Positions 1 to 8,915 of a DNA stretch of 64,000 nt are shown in pieces (the first letter of the stretch is position 1; each line of letters starts with the position of its first letter). This DNA comes from an uncultured Planctomycetales bacterium. Its GTDB lineage: Bacteria > Omnitrophota > Gorgyraeia > Gygaellales > Profunditerraquicolaceae. A model generated the notes under the pieces. That model searched no databases, was not told where the DNA came from, and saw only the letters and a list, made by a program, of their open reading frames with translations. The position numbers and the translations under genes are program-made. The stretch lies in contig CAYHBB010000016.1 of NCBI GenBank assembly GCA_964354795.1, positions 4,084-68,083 of the forward strand, in the 5' to 3' direction.

Positions 1-696
1 CTGGATACTTCCAAGCCCGGCATCTTTGAGCTTGCCAAGTATCCTGCGAGATAGGCTGGTGCCATTTGTCACTAAGGCCGCGTGCATCCTTAAAGATACG
101 CAGCGCGCTATCAATTCTATAAAGTTTTTGTTCAGCGTTGGTTCTCCCCCTGTAATTGTGCAACGCAAGACTCCCAAAGCGGATGCCTCCTCCAGGACTC
201 TTATAAATTCCTTGTAACTCAATTCATTTTTTGCTTGTTTAGATTCGGATCCCACAAAACAATAACAGCAATTCATATTACAACGATTGGTAAGATAAAG
301 GTCTAATTCCACAGGCCGGTCATACGGTATGCCGGTGTCCCAGGGATTACCCGATTGTATATAAGCCTGTTTCGCGAATATAACCGGATCCGGTAATTGT
401 ATAGGTTCGCGCAGTGGAGTACTTCTTAAATGCAAATAGTTCTTTGAAGACTCCTTTATGAAACCTTCCAGGCTATCTTTAGATATTTTCCGGCCATTAT
501 CAAGGGTTTGCGATAAATCAAAGATCTGGTTTTCCGAGAAGCGGCCGTTACAAAGCGAGATCAAAAAAGCATAGCGCGCCTCCAATGGAAGGTGCGAGCC
601 TGAACATAAATCCATCAAAATAGCGTAATCTTTGCACGGCACAAATGCCGTGGTCTTATTTAACACCGGAAAAGTTTCTTTCAGTTCAATTGCCAT
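1..696 (-). CDS. radical SAM enzyme (rSAM-4), N-terminal 232 aa; 3' end lies beyond window start
   Basis: Manual minus-strand translation from ATG 696..694 stays open to position 1: MAIELKETFPVL...TNRCNMNCCYCFVGS (CxxxCxxC)...TITGGEPTLNKNF. Absent from ORF track because truncated. Starts 9 nt after the stop of the upstream rSAM gene. Confidence 0.6.
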   Translation of the reverse strand, partial: MAIELKETFPVLNKTTAFVPCKDYAILMDLCSGSHLPLEARYAFLISLCNGRFSENQIFDLSQTLDNGRKISKDSLEGFIKESSKNYLHLRSTPLREPIQLPDPVIFAKQAYIQSGNPWDTGIPYDRPVELDLYLTNRCNMNCCYCFVGSESKQAKNELSYKEFIRVLEEASALGVLRCTITGGEPTLNKNFIELIARCVSLRMHAALVTNGTSLSRRILGKLKDAGLGSIQ

Positions 697-704
697 ACGT
701 TTTT

Positions 705-2177
705 CTATTTACAGGCCAACACCGGATTATCCGAAAGTTTGACCTTCGGGCAGTGCGGATCAGGAGCAAACGGGTTATCTGAATAAAGCAAGGCGTAGGC
801 GTGGCAGCCGCCGCGGCAGTGGCTAAGGTGCCTGCATTCAAGACAGGTATCCGTCAATTCATCCTTCGGCGTATTTGCTATACGTTCCGCCTCCTGGCTA
901 TTCCATAAATCCTTTAGCGAAGTTTCCCGAATATTGCCTATTTTTAATGATTCCACGCTTGGCAGCAACTCGCACGGCCCAACATCACCGTTTGGCTGGA
1001 TAACCATGCTTGAAATAAATCCACCGCAGGTTGTGCAATGATCAGGAAGGTTTTTCCACTGCATAGGTTTCTTTAACCCTGTTCCCATGATTGTAACGCG
1101 ATGACCAAAATGTTCTTCTGCCTCATTAAGCCTGTTTAGACAATCTTTGCGCTGCGCGTCACTTAACAATAACTCCTTGCCTCCCCTGCCAAACGGCGCG
1201 TTTCCGTAAGGAGCGAAATCAACGATACGGACCCCTAAATCCAAGCAGGTTTCTATAATTTTTCCCGCAAATTTATAATTTAGCGGAATAACCACGGATT
1301 TGACCATTACCTCAATTCCTGCATCAGATAACTTACGGATATTATTTAAGACTATTTCAAATCCCTTTTGAATTCCTGTCATTTTGTAAAATAAATCTTC
1401 CTCAGCCGCATCAAGGCTCACTTGAATTCTTCTCAATCCCGGCTTGACTAAACCTTTTATTATTTCATCGTTTAAATATAATGCATTAGTGCTTATATAC
1501 GGGTATATGCCTCGTTCAAGTAACGCAGAAATAATCGGCAGAAAGCCTTCATGTAAAGTTGGTTCTCCGCCTGTCACAAAACAACGCACAACTCCCATGC
1601 CAGAGGCCTGCTCAACAATATTAAGCCAATCTTGTGTGTTCAATTCGGATTTGGCCTGGGTTCCTGCGCTGCGGAAACAATAAATGCAGCGCATATCGCA
1701 TTTCTGTGTTAATACTGCTACCAAAAACAAAGGGTTAGGACAGCGCCGGCCCTGAGGCGTCTTTCCATTTGTGGCTTCCTTAAGAATTAATTCCGGCGCG
1801 CATAAAGATTTGGTAGCGCCTGCCTGGGCAAGCGGACCTATTGCGAACATTTCTTTATCAAGGCATTTTTCAAATATAGGCCTTATTTCCTGTTTTGCCC
1901 TAGAGGGTGAAATTTTAAAGGCATAACTTACTATATCCAGAAGCTGCGATAAGCTAAATTTGCCATAGCAAAGACAAAGGGCAAACGCCTGCTCTATCGA
2001 AACTCGCAATTGAGCGCCTGTCCACTTATTGACTATCAGGCAATATTGCCCCCATTGTTTCAGGCATATATCTTTGGTTAATTGCGGAAAGGCTTCTTTG
2101 GGATTATCCCAATCAAGCATCGGCTTTGCCAATAAGTTCTTTTTTACTAATACAGCTGTTTCAGTATTACAAGGCAC
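705..2177 (-). CDS. radical SAM / SPASM-domain peptide-modifying enzyme (rSAM-3)
   Basis: 490 aa. CDMRCIYCF (CxxxCxxC), GGEPTL, C-terminal Cys clusters CTTCGG...CLECRHLSHCRGGCHAY typical of SPASM. About 150-aa N-terminal extension could be a peptide-recognition element. Confidence 0.8.
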   Translation of the reverse strand: MPCNTETAVLVKKNLLAKPMLDWDNPKEAFPQLTKDICLKQWGQYCLIVNKWTGAQLRVSIEQAFALCLCYGKFSLSQLLDIVSYAFKISPSRAKQEIRPIFEKCLDKEMFAIGPLAQAGATKSLCAPELILKEATNGKTPQGRRCPNPLFLVAVLTQKCDMRCIYCFRSAGTQAKSELNTQDWLNIVEQASGMGVVRCFVTGGEPTLHEGFLPIISALLERGIYPYISTNALYLNDEIIKGLVKPGLRRIQVSLDAAEEDLFYKMTGIQKGFEIVLNNIRKLSDAGIEVMVKSVVIPLNYKFAGKIIETCLDLGVRIVDFAPYGNAPFGRGGKELLLSDAQRKDCLNRLNEAEEHFGHRVTIMGTGLKKPMQWKNLPDHCTTCGGFISSMVIQPNGDVGPCELLPSVESLKIGNIRETSLKDLWNSQEAERIANTPKDELTDTCLECRHLSHCRGGCHAYALLYSDNPFAPDPHCPKVKLSDNPVLACK

Positions 2178-2254
2178 TTTTGTTTAATCTCCTTACTTTT
2201 GATAACATAAAGCCGGTGACATAATAAAGCCACCGGCTTTATGTATCCTTATTT

Positions 2255-2431
2255 TTAGATATCTGTCCAAGCGATACATGGTGAACAGCCACCGTGTACT
2301 TCCTGACCTTCCACGCCTCCACGAGCCGCCTTCTTCATCATTGGAGCAGCTTTCCTGCGGAATTTTTTGAATTCCGTGGAGATTTTTTTCAGTTCTCTTT
2401 TAAGACACGCTACATCTTTCGCACTTGCCAT
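2255..2431 (-). CDS. 58-aa precursor-like peptide (third candidate RiPP precursor, no NHLP domain)
   Basis: Manually translated: MASAKDVACLKRELKKISTEFKKFRRKAAPMMKKAARGGVEGQEVHGGCSPCIAWTDI. Strong SD (AGGAGGGAGG) 6 nt upstream. Shares a VEGQ junction and an RKELKKAA-like segment with the two NHLP precursors. Below the 60-aa track threshold. Confidence 0.5.
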   Translation of the reverse strand: MASAKDVACLKRELKKISTEFKKFRRKAAPMMKKAARGGVEGQEVHGGCSPCIAWTDI

Positions 2432-2479
2432 TTTTCCTCCCTCCTTTTTTAATTTTTGTTTACCTGCTTGTTAATTTAA

Positions 2480-2911
2480 TTATCCGCGCAGCGAGCAAGC
2501 GTTGGGACAGGTCCAAGGAAATCTCCATGGCTCCCACCATTCTTGCCCTTCCACGCCCAGTGTTTCAGCTTTCCAGGCCAAGGCAGCCTTTTTAAGCTCT
2601 TTCCTATCCCTGACCGCAAAGATTGACAGCATGCTTTTAGGTACCTTATAGAATATACCGCCCTTATCCATTGCCAGGATTGAAGGCTCTGCCTTGGCTG
2701 TGCCTTTGGGCCTTTGGGGAATAGCTATGTGCCAGGTCTTTGGGGTTTCTTCGATGACAATAATCTTGGCTCCGGGACTGAATTTAACCTTAAGCTCTTT
2801 TTCAATGGTAGCCTTGGGGTTTTTGATCAGACGCCTGCGAAAGGCCTTGTCTTTGTTCGCCTTCGCAACAAGATGCGATTCAGCAGCAAAACGCGAGGTG
2901 TTCCTTGCCAT
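2480..2911 (-). CDS. NHLP (nitrile hydratase-like leader) family RiPP precursor peptide B
   Basis: From internal ATG (MARNTSRF...) with AAGGAGG SD. Leader ...AKANKDKAFRRRLIKNPKATIEKELKVKFSPGAKIIVIEETPKTWHIAIPQRP matches the NHLP pattern. C-terminus ...LGVEGQEWWEPWRFPWTCPNACSLRG. Confidence 0.8.
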   Translation of the reverse strand: MARNTSRFAAESHLVAKANKDKAFRRRLIKNPKATIEKELKVKFSPGAKIIVIEETPKTWHIAIPQRPKGTAKAEPSILAMDKGGIFYKVPKSMLSIFAVRDRKELKKAALAWKAETLGVEGQEWWEPWRFPWTCPNACSLRG

Positions 2912-3794
2912 TCTTAGCCTCCTTTGTTTTTCCGTATGAGATAGGTACGCCAAATAGCTGGACAGCCTCAAACTGCATGCCGTAACAACGCCTTTTAAAT
3001 TGGCATTGCAGACATGGCTGGCCTCCTATCCGGTTATAATGACTTCCTACTCCGTCAAACGCCAGTTCCGCCCCTTCTGGAACATGTAATTCCTCCGCTA
3101 CTTTAAAATTCCTGCCTAAAAGGCAAAAAGGGATCAGTTCAGATCTCAAAGGAACGCGCCTAGATTTACCTAAAAGCGAAACTATCACCTTGATCACCTC
3201 TTCGTATTCCGGGATCAGTTCGCTATGTTTTAAAATATCTCCCATCAAAGCAGGATAAGTTATCCTGTGATTTAAGGCATCCGGGAATCGCTCTTGGACC
3301 AATAGGTGTATTGCCGGTATATCGCGCATGTTGGAGTTGACCGCAACCGTGTTAATGATTGTTTTTACTCCTAATTCAAGGGCATTTTCAATCCCCGCTA
3401 AAGCCTCCTCAAAATGCCTTGTTCCTACTATCCTGTTATGGATATCTGCGCAAGAACCATGTAGCGAAAGCATGGCGCTGTGCAAGCCATGCTGCGAAAG
3501 CTCCTTGGCGAATTTTTTGTCGCAAAAACGAGTTGCGTTGGAAAAAAAGCTGATCCTCTTAAATCCCTTCTTTACAGCCGCATCCATGATCTCGAATATT
3601 TGCGGATGCAAAGTAGGTTCTCCCCCGCTTAACACAATAGTATCGCAGTTGCACAGCGACTTTGCTTTATTAAGGTTGCGCCTAATCTCCCGCAGCGGCC
3701 GATGGAAACAATTTCTTCTCCGGCCTATATAACAGAAACTGCACCGCTGATTGCAATGCGTGGTGATATTTAAAAAAACCTGATTATAGCGCAT
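2880..3794 (-). CDS. radical SAM enzyme (rSAM-2), short C-terminal Cys cluster
   Basis: Start placed at MRYNQVFLNITTHCNQRCSFCYIG (CxxxCxxC near N-terminus). ORF could also begin at 3848 or 3863, overlapping precursor A. GGEPTL present; C-terminal CLQCQFKRRC. Overlaps the start of precursor B by about 30 nt. Confidence 0.75.
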   Translation of the reverse strand: MRYNQVFLNITTHCNQRCSFCYIGRRRNCFHRPLREIRRNLNKAKSLCNCDTIVLSGGEPTLHPQIFEIMDAAVKKGFKRISFFSNATRFCDKKFAKELSQHGLHSAMLSLHGSCADIHNRIVGTRHFEEALAGIENALELGVKTIINTVAVNSNMRDIPAIHLLVQERFPDALNHRITYPALMGDILKHSELIPEYEEVIKVIVSLLGKSRRVPLRSELIPFCLLGRNFKVAEELHVPEGAELAFDGVGSHYNRIGGQPCLQCQFKRRCYGMQFEAVQLFGVPISYGKTKEAKNGKEHLAFCC

Positions 3795-3802
3795 AATACC
3801 TT

Positions 3803-4234
3803 TTATCCGCGAATCCCGCAAGTGGGATAAGCCCAAGGACGATTCCATGGAGATTCCCACCATCCTTGCCCTTCCACATCAGGTGTTTCAGCTTTCCAGG
3901 CCCTAGCAGCGCTTTTAAGTTCTTTCCTGCCCCTGACTGCAAAGATTGACAGCATGCCTTGGGGAACCTTATAGAAAATACCTCCTTTATCCTTTACCAG
4001 GATTGAAGGCTCTGCCTTGGCTGTGCCTTTGGGCCTTTGGGGAATAGCTATGTGCCAGGTCTTTGGGGTTTCTTCGATGACAATAATCTTGGCTCCGGGA
4101 CTGAATTTGACCTTAAGCTCTTTTTCAATGGTAGCCTTGGGGTTTTTGATCAGACGCCTGCGAAAAGCCTTGTCTTTGTTCGCCTTTACGACAAGCTGCG
4201 ATTCAGCAGCAAAACGCGAGATGTTCTTTGGCAT
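3803..4234 (-). CDS. NHLP family RiPP precursor peptide A (paralogue of B)
   Basis: From internal ATG (MPKNISRF...) with AAGGAGA SD. Near-identical NHLP leader. C-terminus ...PDVEGQGWWESPWNRPWAYPTCGIRG. Confidence 0.8.
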   Translation of the reverse strand: MPKNISRFAAESQLVVKANKDKAFRRRLIKNPKATIEKELKVKFSPGAKIIVIEETPKTWHIAIPQRPKGTAKAEPSILVKDKGGIFYKVPQGMLSIFAVRGRKELKSAARAWKAETPDVEGQGWWESPWNRPWAYPTCGIRG

Positions 4235-4253
4235 TTTTAGTCTCCTTTCTAAA

Positions 4254-5642
4254 TTAATTGTCACTATACTCAAGCATTAACCTTTTCTCTATGTTATATT
4301 TAAATGTCGGGCATGGCGCGTCGCATTCAAGCCAGCGCCTTGGACATGCACCGCCGCATAATGGCAAGACTCTGCAGGTCCCGCAAGGAACTTCTCCCTG
4401 CTCTATGCGATCATTAAATCCGGATAAAAGAACCCGATTCCCCGGATTTTTGCCGCCGGATAATGACCCTATAGAAAAAATATTCCTGCCTGTTCCATTT
4501 TTAGAACTTGACCCTGCTGGCTTTTCATACATCTGAGAGATTACGTCCGCGCAGTTAAACAGATTGCCAAAAGCATCCACTACCTCTGATGACGCATCTA
4601 TCGCAAAGCAAGCCTTCTTCAGGCGATGCGGGATAAGGTTTATGTTTTGTAATCCGAGATGCTTCATCTGTTCGAGCCATTTAATTTCCCGCGAAGCGAT
4701 CTCCTCTGTTTTGCCAAAAATTCTGTCAGTTAAGCTGCCCCGATCATGCACAGGTATTATAGAAAAACCGTTTAGCCGTTTAAAAACGGCCTTATCCGCC
4801 AGTTCCCGCATCAAGGCGGAAACTCCTTCATAATTGCGATGGTCAACATTACACCGTACCTGGATCTTCATTTTAGATTTTTCATTACGCGCAATCGCGA
4901 TCACATTTTTAAGGATTTTGCCAAATGTCGGCATCCCATTCTTTCCGCATCTTCTCTTATCGTGATACAATTTCGAGCCATCAAGCGTCACTTCGGCAAG
5001 AGTAATGCCGCATTCTCTCGACAGTTCTGCGGCAATTTTGGGGGTAAAAAGCAGGCCATTGGTCATAATATCAGAGATATAATCACACTCAAATTCTCTG
5101 GCCAAGGACATAAACTTCGGGCTCATTTTCCGGATAACATCCAAAGCCAATAAAGGCTCCGCCCCGGTCCAACAGACTTTTAGTTCCCGGTATGGATGCC
5201 TTTCTAATTTGTTTCGCACCCGCTTTAAAAAAAGTTTCTGATTAGCGCTGCTTATTTTTTTTTTCTTGTGCGCCTGGCCGCAGTAGGAACAATCAAACTG
5301 GCAATCTGCCGAAGGCAACACCCCAAAAGCAAGCCTATGGCTATTTACAATGACCTGATGATTCTCCTTCAAGACAGATGCCAATTCATCTTCATCTAAG
5401 CTAACTATAATCTTGGATGCTTTTAACGCCTCCATTAAGCCGTGGGATAACGAATCAAAATCCCCGGTATAGATATGCTCCCACTGCTTGGCAGTTACAA
5501 TTTTAACTGCATCGGTTCTCGTTGCAAAAATAATGCGTTTCTCTTGTCTTTCCAAAGGGCTGAAAAATTTATCCGTTACTATGAGATAGCGCGAGAGTTT
5601 ATAATTGCCTATATCGCGATTTACTCTTAACGCAGTAATCAT
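4254..5642 (-). CDS. radical SAM / SPASM-domain peptide-modifying enzyme (rSAM-1)
   Basis: 462 aa. CQFDCSYCGQ (CxxxCxxC), C-terminal CGTCRVLPLCGGACPRRWLECDAPC SPASM-like clusters. About 110-aa N-terminal domain before the cluster. Confidence 0.8.
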   Translation of the reverse strand: MITALRVNRDIGNYKLSRYLIVTDKFFSPLERQEKRIIFATRTDAVKIVTAKQWEHIYTGDFDSLSHGLMEALKASKIIVSLDEDELASVLKENHQVIVNSHRLAFGVLPSADCQFDCSYCGQAHKKKKISSANQKLFLKRVRNKLERHPYRELKVCWTGAEPLLALDVIRKMSPKFMSLAREFECDYISDIMTNGLLFTPKIAAELSRECGITLAEVTLDGSKLYHDKRRCGKNGMPTFGKILKNVIAIARNEKSKMKIQVRCNVDHRNYEGVSALMRELADKAVFKRLNGFSIIPVHDRGSLTDRIFGKTEEIASREIKWLEQMKHLGLQNINLIPHRLKKACFAIDASSEVVDAFGNLFNCADVISQMYEKPAGSSSKNGTGRNIFSIGSLSGGKNPGNRVLLSGFNDRIEQGEVPCGTCRVLPLCGGACPRRWLECDAPCPTFKYNIEKRLMLEYSDN

Positions 5643-6433
5643 TCTATGTTTACATGCCTTTTTAAAATGGAAAATTTATCAAGCACCGCTTTTACCTGGC
5701 AGCTTCGGATATCAGGAAAAACACTGAGCAAAAGAGCTGCTATTCCGGTTATGTGCGGCGTGGCAAAACTAGTTCCTGAGCTGCGATGATATTCCCCATT
5801 CAGATACACCAGCTCCAGATCCTGGCCCCTTGCGCCGTATTGAATCCTATTTTTTAAATAACGCGTTACTTTATATTTATCTTCGTAATCTTCGCAATCC
5901 ACGCTTATAACAGAGGAAAACATCGCCGGATATCCTAAGGGCCCGAAGTTTCGTTTTGAGACAACCAAAATAGTATCCTGAACATAGGCTTGTTCGCATA
6001 AATCAAAAAGCGCCGGAACGAATTTTTCGTTTATGGTAGCCAAGCTCATATTGATGAGCTTAAATTTTTTATCCAGCGCCCAACGCAACCCTGCTATTAA
6101 GGCCTCGCCTGAGCCTGTATTATTTTCTCCGAGGACTTTTACGCTTGTTATTTCTACATCAGGAGCTAAGTCTAAGATTATTCCCGCAACGCCGCTGCCG
6201 TGGCCGAATGAGTCAGAACTTTTTTTGCCCGGGATTCCCTGGCATCTGATTTTGCCATTATGGTCATGGACGACGCAGGCTCGTTTTACTTTTCCGCGCA
6301 GAGCCGGATGTGATGCGTCAACACCGCTGTCAATAATAGCTACCTTTACTCCCTTACCGGTACTATTGCTAACTAGCCATTTTATATTTAAGCGAGGATT
6401 TATAAGTGGCAGGATGTGAGCCTTGGTTTTCAC
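5639..6433 (-). CDS. subtilisin-like serine peptidase (S8), no signal peptide or prodomain; candidate leader peptidase
   Basis: Catalytic motifs VAIIDSGVD (Asp), FGHGSGVAGII (His), GTSFATPHITG (Ser). 264 aa, begins directly at catalytic domain. 4-nt overlap with rSAM-1. Confidence 0.8.
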   Translation of the reverse strand: MKTKAHILPLINPRLNIKWLVSNSTGKGVKVAIIDSGVDASHPALRGKVKRACVVHDHNGKIRCQGIPGKKSSDSFGHGSGVAGIILDLAPDVEITSVKVLGENNTGSGEALIAGLRWALDKKFKLINMSLATINEKFVPALFDLCEQAYVQDTILVVSKRNFGPLGYPAMFSSVISVDCEDYEDKYKVTRYLKNRIQYGARGQDLELVYLNGEYHRSSGTSFATPHITGIAALLLSVFPDIRSCQVKAVLDKFSILKRHVNIE

Positions 6434-6436
6434 TGC

Positions 6437-7174
6437 TTATTTTCCTTCTCGCAAGCTGCCCTTCCAACTCAGCTCGCCGGCAATCCGGCCGATAATCTCA
6501 ACTAAATCCGCGCAAAGCGGCATTAAATCTTTCCGCTTTTGAGAAAGGTTCCCAAGATTGCGCGCAATATCCACAGCTGCTTTGTCAGAACGCTTTAAAA
6601 ACTTAACCCCGCCCTTTTTTCCCAAAAGCATATTGCGCACAGCTTCCTCGCGCCTGAGCTGGCGTATAACCATTCCGCAGAGCTGGGAAAAACGGCTGTA
6701 AAGCTTTACATCTTGGCTTGAAAAAACTCGGCCCTTTTTAAAGGTAACTGCTGTAATTACTCCAATAACTTCACCTTCAACAAGCATCGGAGCGGCTAAC
6801 ACAGCTTCGGGTTCATTTGGATGCTTCTTTTCATAATCTGCCTGTTTTACGCCGTGATAAGTAGGAGCACCCGTCTGAGGCTCTCCTGTTGACGCGGCTA
6901 ATCCGGTAATTCCTTTGTGCATTGAAAAACGCTGCCCCTTAAGGCGCTGCTGGACTTCATGCTCGCCGATAGTAATCATAAATTCCAGTTCCTGCCTTTT
7001 CTTATCCAACAAGAGCAACGAACCTTCGTCGGCGCTCATCATCCCTACTCCTATTTCCATAATAAGGCGAAGAAGCTCATCGTCTTTTAATTCTTCCCCG
7101 AAGGATAGATACGCGGCAAGCGCCACAAGATTCTTAAATGGAAGCTCTTTTCTTGATGCTTTTTTCTTAACCAT
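6437..7174 (-). CDS. GAF domain protein
   Basis: 245 aa; GAF-like pattern (GSLLLLD...GITGLAASTGEP...VIGVITAV). No DNA-binding or kinase domain. First gene of the co-directional cluster. Confidence 0.5.
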   Translation of the reverse strand: MVKKKASRKELPFKNLVALAAYLSFGEELKDDELLRLIMEIGVGMMSADEGSLLLLDKKRQELEFMITIGEHEVQQRLKGQRFSMHKGITGLAASTGEPQTGAPTYHGVKQADYEKKHPNEPEAVLAAPMLVEGEVIGVITAVTFKKGRVFSSQDVKLYSRFSQLCGMVIRQLRREEAVRNMLLGKKGGVKFLKRSDKAAVDIARNLGNLSQKRKDLMPLCADLVEIIGRIAGELSWKGSLREGK

Positions 7175-7468
7175 ATATTCTTTCCCTTTTTACTAGCGTT
7201 TATAATTTATAATACATTTTGCCTATCTTTATTTTACAATATGGGATTAAAGAGGATCTGCCATAACGGCAGTGCCATAGCACAACACTTCTGATTAAGC
7301 GCAGATAACTCTATTATAAGACAACTAGCTAAAATCTCAACCATAATTGTATAAACAGATATAGCCATACATACGTGGTAATGAATTTACGAGCCATTGC
7401 TGCATGTCTCTGTTGACTACAAACGTATGTACTGCGTTTGTTGAGAAATGGTGATCTGAATATCTGAA

Positions 7469-8878
7469 TTATTTTTTGGAAGGAACCAGGAACACTACCT
7501 CTCCCTCTCCTTCGAGACGACCGTACTGCGGCGTCTGCAGATTGTCCGAGGCACGCGAGACCTGAGGCATGAGGTAGGCGCCAAGCTCCGAGGCGGTCAC
7601 CACCCCATCGTTGTCCCGGTCAGCCTCCCCGTCAATCCCTTGCAAAAAATATTGCGTGAAGAGACCGTGCCCATCAAGTTCGACGACCTGCTCCGCTTTA
7701 CCACCCGCGGTGATCATCTGCACCGAACGTAACGACGTGATCTTCTGGATGTAGCCGTTGATCCCCGGATCCACGCCTAAGGCCCGGGTGAACCCTAGAC
7801 CAGAATAACAGGCGTCCATCGCATACAGGATGTGCTTGGCCGGAATCCGCTCGGATATATCACGCACCTGCTGCATGGAGATGGCCGTCGTAAAATAGTT
7901 GGTGATATCACCGTCGACCGGAATAATGTAACCCTTCTCTTTCCCGTCGGGCATGGATTCGGTCTGTCCGTGGCCAGCAAAGAAAATTAGCACACGATCA
8001 TCCGGCCCGACGTTTTTGGGAAGTTCGGACCCGAGCACGGTCAGAATGCGTTCCCGAGTCGCTTCTTTATCCAGTATCTCGATGACCTCATCGAAACCGA
8101 TCTCTCTAAGCTTCTTCGCAACGACCTGCGCATCGTTTGCCGCATACTCCAGCGGCGGCCAGAGATCGTATTTGTTGATCCCGATCACGACCGCCCAGCT
8201 TTTGCGGTAGAAACTCCCGGCTTTAAGCTCGGCGGGTTCCGCGGACGACTCCGCTGTTCTAACGACAGATGCCGGTAAGCTACGCCGCTGGGCAAAGGAA
8301 GTCATCAGTTCAGACTTGTCCAGGCCGCTCTCGAACTGCTTGAACGCTGGCCCCAGCGCCGCATCGAAGCCATAGCTAAAGGAAACATACGCCGGTGTCG
8401 AGAGCCCGCTGCCTTTAATGGTGTCAATAATGTGCCCCTGCCGATTCGTAAAGGTGCTGGTGATGTCCACCGTGGTGTTCTGGTCGACTTTTTGGCAGAT
8501 CGTACAGCGATAATCAAATGCAAGGATCAGATCCACGTCGGATTTGACCGCATCGTCCATGCTGGCAAACTTCGTCACGCGTTTGAAACGCGACTGAATG
8601 ATTTTGTTCAATCCTTGAGTCACCTTTTTCGGATCGCACTTTTCGAGGAACGGAACAAAGACTCTGTGCCCGTGACGCATATGTTTTCTCATGTAGTCGA
8701 AAGCTTGTTCCGTGTTCTCGGTGTACACCAGTCCAAGATGGATACTCGCTAATGGACCGCCCTGCCCGTAGACCGCTCCTGGTACGACAACTTGTTCCTT
8801 ATAGCTTGGCGTTGCGAGGCATCCAAAGAGAGAAAAACAGGCAATAGTAATAAGCCAATAAAATTTTTGTAAGTTCAT
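7469..8878 (-). CDS. caspase-like (peptidase C14) lipoprotein
   Basis: Start moved to MNLQKFYWLITIACFSLFGC (lipobox, GGAGA SD); the longer track ORF overlaps the upstream gene. C-terminal half has the caspase His/Cys dyad: FFAGHGQTE and DACYSG. Confidence 0.65.
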   Translation of the reverse strand: MNLQKFYWLITIACFSLFGCLATPSYKEQVVVPGAVYGQGGPLASIHLGLVYTENTEQAFDYMRKHMRHGHRVFVPFLEKCDPKKVTQGLNKIIQSRFKRVTKFASMDDAVKSDVDLILAFDYRCTICQKVDQNTTVDITSTFTNRQGHIIDTIKGSGLSTPAYVSFSYGFDAALGPAFKQFESGLDKSELMTSFAQRRSLPASVVRTAESSAEPAELKAGSFYRKSWAVVIGINKYDLWPPLEYAANDAQVVAKKLREIGFDEVIEILDKEATRERILTVLGSELPKNVGPDDRVLIFFAGHGQTESMPDGKEKGYIIPVDGDITNYFTTAISMQQVRDISERIPAKHILYAMDACYSGLGFTRALGVDPGINGYIQKITSLRSVQMITAGGKAEQVVELDGHGLFTQYFLQGIDGEADRDNDGVVTASELGAYLMPQVSRASDNLQTPQYGRLEGEGEVVFLVPSKK

Positions 8879-8915
8879 GGGTTTTGTCTCCTCATTGCCT
8901 TGTGATACGTTTGTA

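Noticed and set aside
26-217. Plus-strand ORFs containing VGSPPV (26..217, 1444..1683, 3328..3732)
   Set aside because: They are the antisense reading of the radical SAM GGEPTL motif in the minus-strand genes; no SD, embedded in real genes.
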